A stretch of 64,000 bases of DNA from Kiritimatiellia bacterium (GCA_007134735.1 SLKG01000006.1:3817-67816), one strand, 5' to 3'; positions 1-10,103 are shown, counted from the stretch's first letter. The notes: generated by a model not told the origin, from the sequence alone. Program-made: numbers and translations.

Positions 1-39
1 CCGCGCCGGCATGCCGCGAGCGACCAAAGACGAGACGTG

Positions 40-2022
40 TTAAAAGAATATGTCCGCCCATTGCCCCGCCGCGCGCATGACCACCGTGCGACGAAAACCG
101 ATTTCCCCGGGCGACAGGACGTCATCCCGGAACAGGACCGGTTCAACCGGCGTCCCGCCCCGCGCATCCGCGCGCCGCAGGTCCTCGATGGACACCATGT
201 GCCGGGTAACCAGCGGATCGTCCTCGTGAACAATCAGGTTCCAATGAATCGGATTCCGCCCCAGCTTGTGCCAGCCGTATTCGATCGGTTCCAGCCCCGC
301 CACCAGCACCGTTTCGCCGCCCGCCTGAATACGCTCCTCATAAGGCTCCAATACGTATTCCAGCTTTCGCCCGTCCGGGCGCTCTACCAGCAGCGTGCTC
401 TCCCCCTGATTCCGGCGGTAGATATCAATCCAGTAATCCGACCCCAACCCCATGCCCAGGAAATACACGCGCAATAAGCCGGCCTCGCTCTGCCCGGTCC
501 GCCGCGCATGATATCCGGCCGGAAACGAAACGAGCACTTCGGGCATGTCCTCCCAGTCCATGACATCCTCCGGGGGTTGGTGCATCTGGTCGGGAAGAAA
601 TCGCGTCCGAACCACGCGACCGCTCTTATGCGTCGCGCGAAACAGGCTGACGTTGGGCGCGACCTTTCGGCCGCCCACGTCAATGTTGGGATAGAAGATT
701 ACAAAACTCAGCTCTTCAATCGGGTCCGGTTCCCATTCCGCGGGACTGATCAATGTCGCCTTCACCCGGGCCGCAATCAACGGGATGCTGCTCGTGAATT
801 CGGCAATGGTCATCGCCTTGCCGACGCCGTAGACGGTGTCGCGCGGGGCCGCGGGTTCACCGGGATCAGCTTCCGCGCCGGACGGATCGACCGGGCGCAC
901 CACACCGAGCCGTTCAATGAATTCACGGAAAAAACGGGGCCACACCCGCGGAGGCAATGCGTATTGCATTTCAAAGCTGTGCAACATCTCCGTGAGCTTG
1001 TTCCCGGCGTCCGTGGGCGCCGGGGCACTTCTGCGCAGGCGCAGGATTTGTCCTTCGTCCTGGAGCGAAACAAAGACCACCGGTTCATGCGGATGCGCAT
1101 GAATTCCGCCGATCCGCGACAACCCCCCTACCCACTCCCACATCCGGCCTTCACGGGGATCGATTTCAACCACGCTCCACGTTTGGTCCTGCCGTTGAAT
1201 CACGCCCAGCGTGGTGCCGTCACGCAGGACTTCGACATAACGCAATCCCCGCGCACGATCCACGGCGCCGAACAACATCTGGCGCTTCGTGTCGTACCAG
1301 CATAGATCCGCCGTGCGGTATTCCCCGTACACCAATGTGCGATCGTCATGGCTGATGGCCACGTTGGAGAACTCCGCAAAAGGCCCGTAATCCACCAGCC
1401 ACCATTGCCGGGATTCATCCCGCATCATGATACGCCCGAAAGAAAGGATCGAGGCCGCACCCGATTTCCGCGAGGACACATACAGGCGCCCCATCCCGTC
1501 CGTCGCCACCCCGGTATACCCGAATTCATCATCCTCCCACGGAGTCGGAACCACCGTCGCCAGCACAGTCCCGTCGGTGGCCGGCTCGAAACACAGTAAC
1601 CGCCCCCCGGCCGCGGATTCCGCCACATACAGTCGCCCATCCGCATCAAAGGCAATGTCCTGCGGACGCCGCACACGTGCGTACAACCAAAGATCCAGCG
1701 GGCGTTCCACACGAATGGCCCAGGACGGTATGTCCTCCCGGACTTCAAAGTTTGAACCGAATACCGGAACCACCCGCTGATCCCGAATCACTGAAATCCG
1801 GTCTCGGCCCCATTCCGCCACATAAAGATTCCCACTGATCGGATCGGTGGACAAACCGGCGGGTTGCGTCAATTCCCGGGCATATATATCCACGGACAAC
1901 AACTCCCGGGATGGCTCCAGGCGCAAGGCCCAGGCCTCCACCACCATCCCCATCACCAAGGCCGGTATCCACCACGCCAGGCTTCGCCCGATTCCCGTTT
2001 GCTCTTTTTCGACTCGCTTCAT
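40..2022 (-). CDS. Membrane-anchored beta-propeller (NHL/SMP-30-like repeats) protein with a roughly 200-aa C-terminal domain; paralog A of a tandem pair
   Basis: 680-aa ORF. The internal Met at 2022 is followed by a hydrophobic anchor (SLAWWIPALVMGMVVEAWA) and leaves a 44-bp gap to the upstream gene. Repeated DG-LYV/YVAE blades. The C-terminal region aligns with the adjacent gene. Confidence 0.6.
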   Translation of the reverse strand: MKRVEKEQTGIGRSLAWWIPALVMGMVVEAWALRLEPSRELLSVDIYARELTQPAGLSTDPISGNLYVAEWGRDRISVIRDQRVVPVFGSNFEVREDIPSWAIRVERPLDLWLYARVRRPQDIAFDADGRLYVAESAAGGRLLCFEPATDGTVLATVVPTPWEDDEFGYTGVATDGMGRLYVSSRKSGAASILSFGRIMMRDESRQWWLVDYGPFAEFSNVAISHDDRTLVYGEYRTADLCWYDTKRQMLFGAVDRARGLRYVEVLRDGTTLGVIQRQDQTWSVVEIDPREGRMWEWVGGLSRIGGIHAHPHEPVVFVSLQDEGQILRLRRSAPAPTDAGNKLTEMLHSFEMQYALPPRVWPRFFREFIERLGVVRPVDPSGAEADPGEPAAPRDTVYGVGKAMTIAEFTSSIPLIAARVKATLISPAEWEPDPIEELSFVIFYPNIDVGGRKVAPNVSLFRATHKSGRVVRTRFLPDQMHQPPEDVMDWEDMPEVLVSFPAGYHARRTGQSEAGLLRVYFLGMGLGSDYWIDIYRRNQGESTLLVERPDGRKLEYVLEPYEERIQAGGETVLVAGLEPIEYGWHKLGRNPIHWNLIVHEDDPLVTRHMVSIEDLRRADARGGTPVEPVLFRDDVLSPGEIGFRRTVVMRAAGQWADIFF

Positions 2023-2065
2023 GGGTAACCGCCCTTTCCGGCTTGCCCGGTCCGGCGCCTCTCCA

Positions 2066-3946
2066 TCAATCCTCCACCACATCCGCCCTTACCCATTGAT
2101 CACGGGACGACCGGGCATACGAGATGACCCAGTTCTCCTCGTCTTCCGGGCCCGGCTTGATCAATCGGTAATGATCCAATGAGCCATCCCCATGGTACAC
2201 CACCATATAGCTGTTATTCGGTTGCGGCGGGTTGAGCACCAGTGAATAATCCGGCATGCGTCCGAGCCCGAGAAAATGAATCGACACGATTCCGGCTCCG
2301 GACGTATGTACTGCGGAAGGAAGGGGAACAACCAGTGCGCCGCTCCCCTGGTCCCGCAAAACACGACCGGGCAAACGAACCCCCCGAATGGCAACGGGCA
2401 GACTGCGGCTCGTGACGTAGCGGCCGGACTGCTTCCGTAATCCGAATAACGCAAAAGCCAGATCGGGGCGATGATCCTCCCGCACCAACCGATTGGGTTC
2501 AAATACGACGAACTGCACCCGCTCAATGGGATCCCCGTGCCGTCGGTCCGGATTCATCGGCTCAACCAACATGTCAGCGGCCACCATCGGAACCCGGGTC
2601 GCGAATTCGCGAAACGAGATGTGCGGGTTATCGCTCACGTAGTCCAGCCCTCCGAAGGCCAGTATGCGGGCCAGATACTCGGGACACGTCTCGGGTATCA
2701 CCCGCGGACTGCGCCCGGGATAATACAACGCATGATCAAACGCATCGGTGTCGCGGTCATACGGCTTGTTGACCCCGAACGCCAGCAGGCGCCCCGTTCC
2801 GTCTTCGGTTACGAGAATGCGCTGGTGCGCTTCATCCCAGAGGACGGATTCGATGTCCTGCAACCCTTCGACAATATGTTCGTGTCGATCCGTGGCGGGA
2901 CAGATATGCACAATGCTTCCTGAAGCCTCTTCGGCCACAAGAAAGGAACCGTCGGGCAACAGCGCAACCCCTTCGGGGGAATGACCGGCGTAGGCACTGT
3001 ACCCTCTCAAGCTTCGATGAACGAGGTTCATCCAGCCGATCGCCCCCGTGGCTTCGCAGGTGTACACCACCTGTTGCCCGCTATTCGAAAAACGGGATTC
3101 GGAATAACTCGTGAACGGTTGCCGGGATATTACCCACCACTGCGCCTGCGCGTCCCGGTACAACATCACGGATCCAAAGGGAACAGGCGCGTCCTGCCGG
3201 GTGGCCCACTCCAGGTCGGAACCCGCGAGGAGTATTTCCCCTTCAGGACCGATATCCAAACCCTCCCACGCATAGCCCGGCCAGGAGCCCGGTATTTCGA
3301 TATTCCGACCTTCGGGATAGCCGCCTGTCTCATCCATGGCAAACCGGATAAGCCGCCCGTCCGGCACATCCTCCGCCACGTACAACGCCCCTTCTCCGCA
3401 AAAGACAATGGCCTCGGGAAAGGTCAAGGGGTCGCCGCGTACGAGCCGGTCACCGTTTTCATGAACAATGGGCGTTTGGCGGTCGATCACAACACGCAAC
3501 GATCCGTCGTCCAGCATGGTGATCCGGCCGACATCCTCTTCGGACACGTAGATCTTTCCCGTCAAGGGGTGAATAGCGATGCCGTCGGGGCTCACCAGTC
3601 CTTCCGCCAAGACCACCTTGGTGAACGTGCGCCCTTCATTCAAGGGGAGATCACGACGGGATGTCGGGGCCGGATTCGGTGCCTGCGTGCGCCGCCCCGC
3701 ATCGGGTGCCTTGTCCCGCGCCGGTCGCGAGACTCCGAGAAGCTCTTTGCCGGGCACGGCCTCCGGATCCATTCCGGCGACAACCGCCGGTTGGGGACGG
3801 GCTCGAACGGGCGCCCGCTCGACCGGGTCGGAATCATCCGGCGGAAAATAAACCACCAATGCATATATGGCGAGCACCGCCGCCGTTAATATGGAGCCCA
3901 ACGCGACCCGCTCGCCCACGCGGCCGGCACTGTGTTTTCTGGCCAT
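2066..3946 (-). CDS. Membrane-anchored beta-propeller protein with conserved C-terminal domain; paralog B
   Basis: The start at 3946 (MARKHS...) is followed by the TM segment ILTAAVLAIYALVVYF. Repeated G-IYVSEE/GALYVAED blade motifs. The C-terminal roughly 200 aa (FVVFEPN...HFLGLGRMPDYSLV) is collinear with 40-2022 (FVIFYPN...YFLGMGLGSDYWI). Confidence 0.6.
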   Translation of the reverse strand: MARKHSAGRVGERVALGSILTAAVLAIYALVVYFPPDDSDPVERAPVRARPQPAVVAGMDPEAVPGKELLGVSRPARDKAPDAGRRTQAPNPAPTSRRDLPLNEGRTFTKVVLAEGLVSPDGIAIHPLTGKIYVSEEDVGRITMLDDGSLRVVIDRQTPIVHENGDRLVRGDPLTFPEAIVFCGEGALYVAEDVPDGRLIRFAMDETGGYPEGRNIEIPGSWPGYAWEGLDIGPEGEILLAGSDLEWATRQDAPVPFGSVMLYRDAQAQWWVISRQPFTSYSESRFSNSGQQVVYTCEATGAIGWMNLVHRSLRGYSAYAGHSPEGVALLPDGSFLVAEEASGSIVHICPATDRHEHIVEGLQDIESVLWDEAHQRILVTEDGTGRLLAFGVNKPYDRDTDAFDHALYYPGRSPRVIPETCPEYLARILAFGGLDYVSDNPHISFREFATRVPMVAADMLVEPMNPDRRHGDPIERVQFVVFEPNRLVREDHRPDLAFALFGLRKQSGRYVTSRSLPVAIRGVRLPGRVLRDQGSGALVVPLPSAVHTSGAGIVSIHFLGLGRMPDYSLVLNPPQPNNSYMVVYHGDGSLDHYRLIKPGPEDEENWVISYARSSRDQWVRADVVED

Positions 3947-4092
3947 ACCGGTTATCCTCACATAATATGTCTTGCCGCCTGAACCCCGTGTATAGCATAC
4001 ACTATAATCCGGAAATTGATCAGGGCGACGGCGTATAAAAACGCTCATGCGCCGGCCGGCCCCGCTTTACCGCGCACACATGAAAAGGATCC

Positions 4093-4554
4093 ATGATGCA
4101 GGATACGGACACCCGTTACATGCGAATGGCCCTGCAACAGGCACAAAACGCCTACGAAAAGGGCGAGGTGCCGGTAGGGGCGGTCATTCTCCATGAAGGG
4201 CGGATTGTGGGCCGGGCGCACAATCAGGTTGAATTACTGAAGGATCCCACCGCCCATGCGGAAATCATCGCCATTACCCAGGCGGCCTCGGCGCTGGGGG
4301 ACTGGCGGTTGAACCGGACGACGTTGTATGTCACCAAGGAGCCCTGCCCCATGTGTGCCGGCGCCATTGTGGCGGCGCGCATCAATCGGGTGGTCTGGGG
4401 CGTGGACGACCCCCTGCGCGGCGGGGCGGTCTCCAAATTCGGGATATTGCAACATGCGGATCTCAACCACGAGGTAACCTTTCAGGGAGGAATCCTGAAA
4501 GAGGAATGCCTGTCGCTGATCCAGTCTTTTTTCAAAGCACGCCGGGCCACGTGA
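4093..4554 (+). CDS. tadA: tRNA-specific adenosine deaminase
   Basis: CDA-fold zinc motifs HAEIIAI and PCPMCAGAI in a 153-aa protein; typical TadA length and layout. Confidence 0.9.
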   Translation: MMQDTDTRYMRMALQQAQNAYEKGEVPVGAVILHEGRIVGRAHNQVELLKDPTAHAEIIAITQAASALGDWRLNRTTLYVTKEPCPMCAGAIVAARINRVVWGVDDPLRGGAVSKFGILQHADLNHEVTFQGGILKEECLSLIQSFFKARRAT

Positions 4555-6172
4555 TCACGATGAACCACGGGCGGTGCGGGTACTCTTCGTCCGGTTCGAT
4601 CAATACGGAATAATCCGGCACTTTCCGCACCACGTCATCCTTTTCGGATCGCCATAACAAAACCGCGCCGGGCAAGCGGAGTTCAAACAGTTCGCGCAGC
4701 CGTTCCGGATCTATCCGGCCCTCATCCGCCACCCGCAACAGAACATCCAGCGAAAATTGTCCGCTCAGGTCGATCAACGAAAGATCGTGCCGATACGCCG
4801 GCCATCCGGGTTCATCCGTAATGAATACATCCCGGAACAATCCCTCCCGTTCCACCGCCCGTGATATTTCCGAGCGCACGGCTTCCCGCTGAAGAAGCTC
4901 CCGAACGCCGGCACGGTGTTCGCGAACGCCCTGTGTAAACCCCATCAGCATGAGCACTCCCCCGACCACCACCCACCAGATTCGAAATCCATACGTAGTC
5001 GGCGTGTGGGGCTTCCAACTGAGCACCAGTTTCTCCACGGCGAAAGGAAGTCGGAAAACGCCGTACGCGGCGGTGACGACCAGCACCGGATGAAACGCGC
5101 GCATGACCCGGTCCGCGCTGAACCATCCGGTATAGGGATAAACCAGCGCATACAGCAGGGGAAAGAGAAGCACGATGCAGGCGGTCAGGGTAAACGGGCG
5201 CCCCGGGGTTTCCACAAAGGACAATCCGACGATCAACACGATTCCGATCATGACCAGGAAACGGCTGAAACCGACACTCATGACAGGAATGGCGCCCAGG
5301 CGCGCGCGTGCTTCAGGCCAACCCGACCCAACCAGCTCCATCATGTGGGAGAATGCCGCGGCCGGCCGTTCGAAAGACCACGCATCCATGGACATGGGCA
5401 CCCCCGGAAACCGTGGCCAAGGGACCTGGATTACCCACATATTCCAGGCCAGCAACGGCAGGGCCAGCAACAGGATCATCAGGATCCCGTTGATTCCACG
5501 AAACACCACCGCGGACGGACGCGGACGGTTACGGTACGGAATCCAAGAAAGTACCAGGGCATGCACAAAGAAAAGAAGCCAGACCAGCGCGAATTCCACC
5601 CGCAACCACACCGCCCCCCCTATCAACACCGCCGCCGATAAGGGCAACACGCTCCGCATCCCCCTGATTCCCTCCATGTGCAGGAGCGAAGCCACCGTCA
5701 CCAGGCAGGTGGCCAGGCTCGCGGACGTTCCCGACAGGGCATCCCCCGTAAGCCCGGGCGACAGGATCAACAAGGCTATGGCAAAATAACCGAACGGGGG
5801 AAAGGGAAACAGCAGGCGCGTCATGCGCAGTACGGCCAGCAAGGTAATCAGGCTGAAAATAAGATTCAGCAAGAACCCCGACGCGACCGCGTCGCCGGTC
5901 AACCCACCCGCCGCGGCCAGCAGTATCCGCCAACCGGCATCGAAACCTGCGCCCGAAGGTTCGCGGGCATGCAAACCGTACGTGTGATCCGACCAAAGGA
6001 CACGGGCGACCGCCAGGTCCGCATACGCCGCATCGTCCGGGAACACGCGGTTGACCCCGGAGGCCCGGCGAGAAAGCATAATCACGGACAACACCAGAAC
6101 CAATAACAAGGCCGGCGTAAGAACCCGAAAGAATCGGTAGAACCGCCAGCGGTGCATTTTATCGTTCAGCAT
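4532..6172 (-). CDS. Polytopic integral membrane protein (about 10 predicted TM helices) with soluble C-terminal domain; function unknown
   Basis: 546-aa ORF with strong codon bias. Many long hydrophobic stretches; the C-terminal roughly 150 aa are hydrophilic. It overlaps the tadA 3' end convergently by 23 bp. Confidence 0.55.
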   Translation of the reverse strand: MLNDKMHRWRFYRFFRVLTPALLLVLVLSVIMLSRRASGVNRVFPDDAAYADLAVARVLWSDHTYGLHAREPSGAGFDAGWRILLAAAGGLTGDAVASGFLLNLIFSLITLLAVLRMTRLLFPFPPFGYFAIALLILSPGLTGDALSGTSASLATCLVTVASLLHMEGIRGMRSVLPLSAAVLIGGAVWLRVEFALVWLLFFVHALVLSWIPYRNRPRPSAVVFRGINGILMILLLALPLLAWNMWVIQVPWPRFPGVPMSMDAWSFERPAAAFSHMMELVGSGWPEARARLGAIPVMSVGFSRFLVMIGIVLIVGLSFVETPGRPFTLTACIVLLFPLLYALVYPYTGWFSADRVMRAFHPVLVVTAAYGVFRLPFAVEKLVLSWKPHTPTTYGFRIWWVVVGGVLMLMGFTQGVREHRAGVRELLQREAVRSEISRAVEREGLFRDVFITDEPGWPAYRHDLSLIDLSGQFSLDVLLRVADEGRIDPERLRELFELRLPGAVLLWRSEKDDVVRKVPDYSVLIEPDEEYPHRPWFIVITWPGVL

Positions 6173-6243
6173 GGCCTATCCATCCCTTGCGTGTTTCCAC
6201 CATCCCGGTCTGCGCCGTCTTGACAAGGCACGGAAGGCGGTCG

Positions 6244-7131
6244 CTATTGCGGCTGACGCACGATTTCCTCCGGCACCACCACGGGATGCCGCACCCCCTG
6301 AACCCAGTACCGGCGCCCGCTCACCACAACACGCTGACCTTGCAACGCATCCAGTTGCTCTTCCTGTCCCTTGATAAAACAGAGGGTCTCCAAGGCGTGG
6401 CGCCGCCGCTCGACCAGGCGGTACCGGCTCGGCCGCCCGAATAGAAAACCAACCCGGCTTACCATCCCCTCCATCTCGACCCGTTCGCCTTGCCCCTCCA
6501 AGGGGACCAAATCCAGATCTTGCGGCGGCCTGATGGTTCGTTCCGGCGGACGCCTGGGCGTCGGAGGCGGTTCCACCCGCTCGGGAGGCGGATCCCTCCG
6601 CGGCGGATCCGGGCGGTGCGGCTCGATTACGGACGGAACCGGCAACACCGGCGGGGGCGGATCCGGTTCAGGGGGACGAACGGCCTGGATGTAGTCCGAA
6701 TGAATCCATACTTCGGCATCCCGAACGGGCGCAATTCGAAGCCAGTCACCGAATTCATCCCGCACCTCAACCGACTCGAAACGGTTCAACTCGGCGACGA
6801 TCTTGTGATTAATCCCCGGACCCCCGCGCACATTCAACTTGCTCACGGTAACCCGTCCGTCTTCGACGAAATCCCGGTGAACCCACATGTCGAGGTATTC
6901 CGGCGGCTGAATTCGAGCCCATTCCCCTTCCCGCGCCCGAACGAACAGGCGTTCGCCATATTCCACCTGTCCGAGGATTTCCGCGGCCGACTCCGGCCGC
7001 GCACGAAGATTCACCCGATGACCCGTTGTGGTCACTTCGCCGGCATACGCCCCTACAGGGCCGCTGTGCATCAAGGCCACCAGTAGAACCCGCATGCCGA
7101 AAGAGAGAGGTCTGTCCCGCATATCATTCAT
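6244..7131 (-). CDS. Secreted protein with two bacterial SH3 (SH3b) domains and a Pro-rich linker
   Basis: Signal-like N-terminus (MRVLLVALMHSGPVGAYA). Two copies of the SH3b pattern (VNLRARPESAAEILGQVEYGERLFV; LNVRGGPGINHKIVAELNRFESVEV). PPEPDPPPPV...PPPTPRRPP linker. Confidence 0.65.
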   Translation of the reverse strand: MNDMRDRPLSFGMRVLLVALMHSGPVGAYAGEVTTTGHRVNLRARPESAAEILGQVEYGERLFVRAREGEWARIQPPEYLDMWVHRDFVEDGRVTVSKLNVRGGPGINHKIVAELNRFESVEVRDEFGDWLRIAPVRDAEVWIHSDYIQAVRPPEPDPPPPVLPVPSVIEPHRPDPPRRDPPPERVEPPPTPRRPPERTIRPPQDLDLVPLEGQGERVEMEGMVSRVGFLFGRPSRYRLVERRRHALETLCFIKGQEEQLDALQGQRVVVSGRRYWVQGVRHPVVVPEEIVRQPQ

Positions 7132-7200
7132 GAGCCCTCACAGTCTGCGTGCCGCTTGTTATCCAAATGACGACCACGCACGGCATTGATGGTACGGTTT

Positions 7201-7222
7201 TCTCCATAAACGTGAAACGTTT
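7201..7222. promoter_or_regulatory. 7-5-7 inverted repeat ATAAACG-N5-CGTTTAT in the divergent promoter region between the SH3 and TPR genes
   Basis: Read directly: ataaacgtgaaacgtttat. Confidence 0.25.
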
Positions 7223-7351
7223 ATTTTACCCGCGCCGCGCTTCACGCCCCATTGATCCGACCCCATGCCTCACGGCTGTCAGGCCGGCTCGCAATGCGTA
7301 TACTATCCCCGGAAAAGAGAACTTGCAACCCTCTTATTCCTGCACCAAAGT

Positions 7352-9553
7352 ATGGTTTCCATGGTCAAATCCAACACAGTGAGCGCGCCGTCGCTATCAT
7401 GGGTCAAGGGATGGCGCTTGCATCCATCCGCCTGGACGCATCCGCACGATTTCGCGCGGGGCCCCGGGTTTCGTACCCTGGGCTCCCCGGGCGACATCGC
7501 GCCCGATGAAGAGAAGCCGCTGTGGAGTCTCGACGGCGGCATTCGGGACTTCCCCCTGCGCGGCCGCACACAGGTACTGGCCAATGCCTATCGGATCATG
7601 CCCTCCGACTCCGACACATTCGCCCAGCTTGCGGTGGTTGTTGCGCCGGGGGTCATACTGGGGCATACCGCGTTGCCGGTCCCGCCCAGCCTGTTTTCAG
7701 CTGAGCTGGAAAGACACGATTCCGATTCCATGCAATGGATCGAAAAACCGGGTGAAAACGTGGTGTTGCTGCGCCGCCTTGTTTCGGAGGGACTTCGGTT
7801 TTGCCTTGTGGTCACCCCCGAGGACCACGAGACGGCGGTCCAATTGGCACAGCAATACCTGGAAAGCGATCCGATGGAACCGCTTCGCCGCGAGTTCCAG
7901 GCTCGACGGTACTTCTGGGAACGCATGCGCGCAAACGAAGCATCCGTGCCGGTCATCACGTATGCCGTGGAACACCTTGTTGGCCGGTTACGAACCCCCG
8001 AAGGCCCCATGCGCTTCCGGTGGAGCGCGGCGGCTCCGGAAGCCGACGCCGCATTTTATTTGAATCAGTTGTATCCGTTGATCAAGGCATGGATACGCAT
8101 CGATATCGGGGTCGCGGAAGACCTTGTCAAAAGCGCCCTCTCCACGCAAAAACCGGATGGTACGCTGCTTGCCTGGAATTATTCCGACGGGCGGTCGGGC
8201 GATAACGTCCGGGCATGGCCCCTCTTTGCCCTGTGCGCGCTGGAAGTGGCGCGGGCGGGCGTTCAAACGGACTTTCTTGAATATGTATACCCCGCGCTGG
8301 AACGCTATCTCGAACAGGCCCTTAACCGCTTCACGGAGGATGGCTTTCCCCGGTGGCGCTCACCCCGCGAGGCCTTTATTCCCGAAACCTGCGACCGCAA
8401 ACTGGCCACGGTCGATTTGACCGCCATGCTCCTCTGTGAGATCGACGCGTTCCGGCACTTGTCGCGTCTTCACAGCGGCAACACCCATGAAATCGCATTC
8501 CTTAACGTCCATGAAGAAAAACTACGGCGCCATCTGCTGGAATGGATGTGGGACGATAAGCGGCGCAATTTCCGGGATCGGTATATCGGAGGTTCCCATA
8601 TTGCCCGACTGACCCTGTCCGGCTTCATGCCGCTACTGTGGACCCAGCTGGATCGCACCCGCGAACGATCCCTGGTCCGCCACATGGAAAACCCCAAAAC
8701 GTTCTGGAAGCCGGAAGGGCTGCCGCTATGGGAAGCATGGGAACAGGATCCCGAACCGCCTCCCATCCCGGCCCTGCACCAGTTCTTTATCCTGGATGGC
8801 CTTCGCCGGAAAAACATGAACGGTACGCTGGATCAATTGCGCGAACGGCTTCGGGAATCGCTGACCGCACAGTACCGGAAACAGCATACCCTGCCTGCCG
8901 ATTTAAGCCGGGTCGCGGCGCCCCGCCCCGCAGACGACGCGACCGAACCGGACCCGATGCCGCCCGATTCGACCTCGGCGGCACTGGCCATCGATATCAC
9001 GCCGGTGAGAAAAGACAAGGCGGCTTCCCCGAACCGGTCTCCCTTTACCTGCTGGCTGGTAAAGAACCGGACGGCGGTCATCGTAACCCCCATCGTGTTG
9101 GCCGTCCTGGCTCTGCTCGGCATCGTGATCGGGTTCATGTACAAGAAAACTCCGCCCCACGCGGATGTCTATGCCCTGAGCGGCCTCGCACAGCTGCACT
9201 ACCAGCAGGGCCGTCATGACGAAGCGATCCGTATTTACCGGGAATTGAGCGAACGGCTGGATCAACCGGCCTCCATAGACCTGCTGATGGGTAACACGTA
9301 CCTGCATATGAATGATCCGGTATCCGCGGAACGCCACTACCGAAGCGCGCTTGAAAAGGGTCTGGAATCACCCCGGGCCCATATCAACCTGGGTCTTGCC
9401 CTGTATCAGCAGAACAAGTTGAGCGAGGCACGGGACGTATACGAGACGTTCATTCAGGATTTTCAGCATCAATACCCGGAACTGGCAGAACGGGCACACG
9501 TTTCACTTGACATTATTAACAGGAAATACAGGGAAAAAGCTCAGGAATATTGA
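7352..9553 (+). CDS. Large membrane protein: roughly 550-aa N-terminal domain (possibly an (alpha/alpha)6 glycosidase-like fold), one TM helix, C-terminal TPR repeats
   Basis: The ORF begins at 7265; the start is placed at the first Met in a good context (MVSMVKS, 7352). TM segment AVIVTPIVLAVLALLGIVIGFMY. C-terminal TPR-like repeats (ALSGLAQLHYQQGRHDEAIRIYREL..., AHINLGLALYQQNKLSEARDVYE). The glycosidase-like call is weak. Confidence 0.6.
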   Translation: MVSMVKSNTVSAPSLSWVKGWRLHPSAWTHPHDFARGPGFRTLGSPGDIAPDEEKPLWSLDGGIRDFPLRGRTQVLANAYRIMPSDSDTFAQLAVVVAPGVILGHTALPVPPSLFSAELERHDSDSMQWIEKPGENVVLLRRLVSEGLRFCLVVTPEDHETAVQLAQQYLESDPMEPLRREFQARRYFWERMRANEASVPVITYAVEHLVGRLRTPEGPMRFRWSAAAPEADAAFYLNQLYPLIKAWIRIDIGVAEDLVKSALSTQKPDGTLLAWNYSDGRSGDNVRAWPLFALCALEVARAGVQTDFLEYVYPALERYLEQALNRFTEDGFPRWRSPREAFIPETCDRKLATVDLTAMLLCEIDAFRHLSRLHSGNTHEIAFLNVHEEKLRRHLLEWMWDDKRRNFRDRYIGGSHIARLTLSGFMPLLWTQLDRTRERSLVRHMENPKTFWKPEGLPLWEAWEQDPEPPPIPALHQFFILDGLRRKNMNGTLDQLRERLRESLTAQYRKQHTLPADLSRVAAPRPADDATEPDPMPPDSTSAALAIDITPVRKDKAASPNRSPFTCWLVKNRTAVIVTPIVLAVLALLGIVIGFMYKKTPPHADVYALSGLAQLHYQQGRHDEAIRIYRELSERLDQPASIDLLMGNTYLHMNDPVSAERHYRSALEKGLESPRAHINLGLALYQQNKLSEARDVYETFIQDFQHQYPELAERAHVSLDIINRKYREKAQEY

Positions 9554-9743
9554 TTACCGGCTGACGGTTTGATAAAGGAAGGGCGCTGCACGCCAAGGAG
9601 GTCGGGGTGAGGAACCCCATGGAAAGCGCACACACGCCCTTCCAACATATTGGACACCCACTGAACGTTTATGTTTAAACTCTTACTAAATCGATGAACC
9701 TTTTGTTTCCGGAAACACAATAATCCCGATTCGGCCGAAAGCC

Positions 9744-10085
9744 ATGAACAAACCTCTTTCCATAAAACTCGCTTGCCTGTTGGCCCTGGCCGGCATCCTG
9801 CTCGGCGGCGCCTGCTATCGCCAGGATATCCTGACCGTGGAAATACACGTGCCGCAGATGCGCGAAACGGAATGCAGCCGCATCATCATTCGCGCCCTGC
9901 GGGAAGTCGACGGAATTCAGTCCGTGCGACCCGACACGGAAAACCGCGTACTGACCGTTACCTATAACGCCCGGAAACTGGCCCTGAAGAATATCGAGCA
10001 CACCCTGGCCGAACAGGGGTTCACGGCAAACGACGAGGAGGCCCGTTCCGACGCACGAATGCGATTGCCGCCGGAATGCCGGTAG
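9744..10085 (+). CDS. Small lipoprotein with a heavy-metal-associated (HMA)-like ferredoxin fold domain
   Basis: Lipobox LLALAGILLGGAC. A beta-alpha-beta-beta-alpha-beta pattern (TVEIHVPQMRETECSRIIIRALREVDGIQSV...VLTVTYN) resembles HMA but carries a single Cys. Confidence 0.4.
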   Translation: MNKPLSIKLACLLALAGILLGGACYRQDILTVEIHVPQMRETECSRIIIRALREVDGIQSVRPDTENRVLTVTYNARKLALKNIEHTLAEQGFTANDEEARSDARMRLPPECR

Positions 10086-10103
10086 ACGCCTTCACGTGTC
10101 CCA

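Noticed and set aside
508-1305. 265-aa ORF on the plus strand
   Set aside because: Fully antisense to the well-supported beta-propeller gene (40-2022); Arg/Pro/Gly-rich translation typical of GC-rich antisense frames.
2981-3889. 302-aa ORF on the plus strand
   Set aside because: Antisense to paralog B (2066-3946); no recognisable domains, compositionally biased.
4916-5789. Plus-strand ORFs of 241 and 204 aa
   Set aside because: Antisense to the polytopic membrane protein gene; His/Arg/Gln-rich low-complexity translations.
9675-10001. 108-aa minus-strand ORF overlapping the HMA-like gene
   Set aside because: The plus-strand ORF has a lipoprotein signal and HMA fold pattern; the minus-strand frame has no features.
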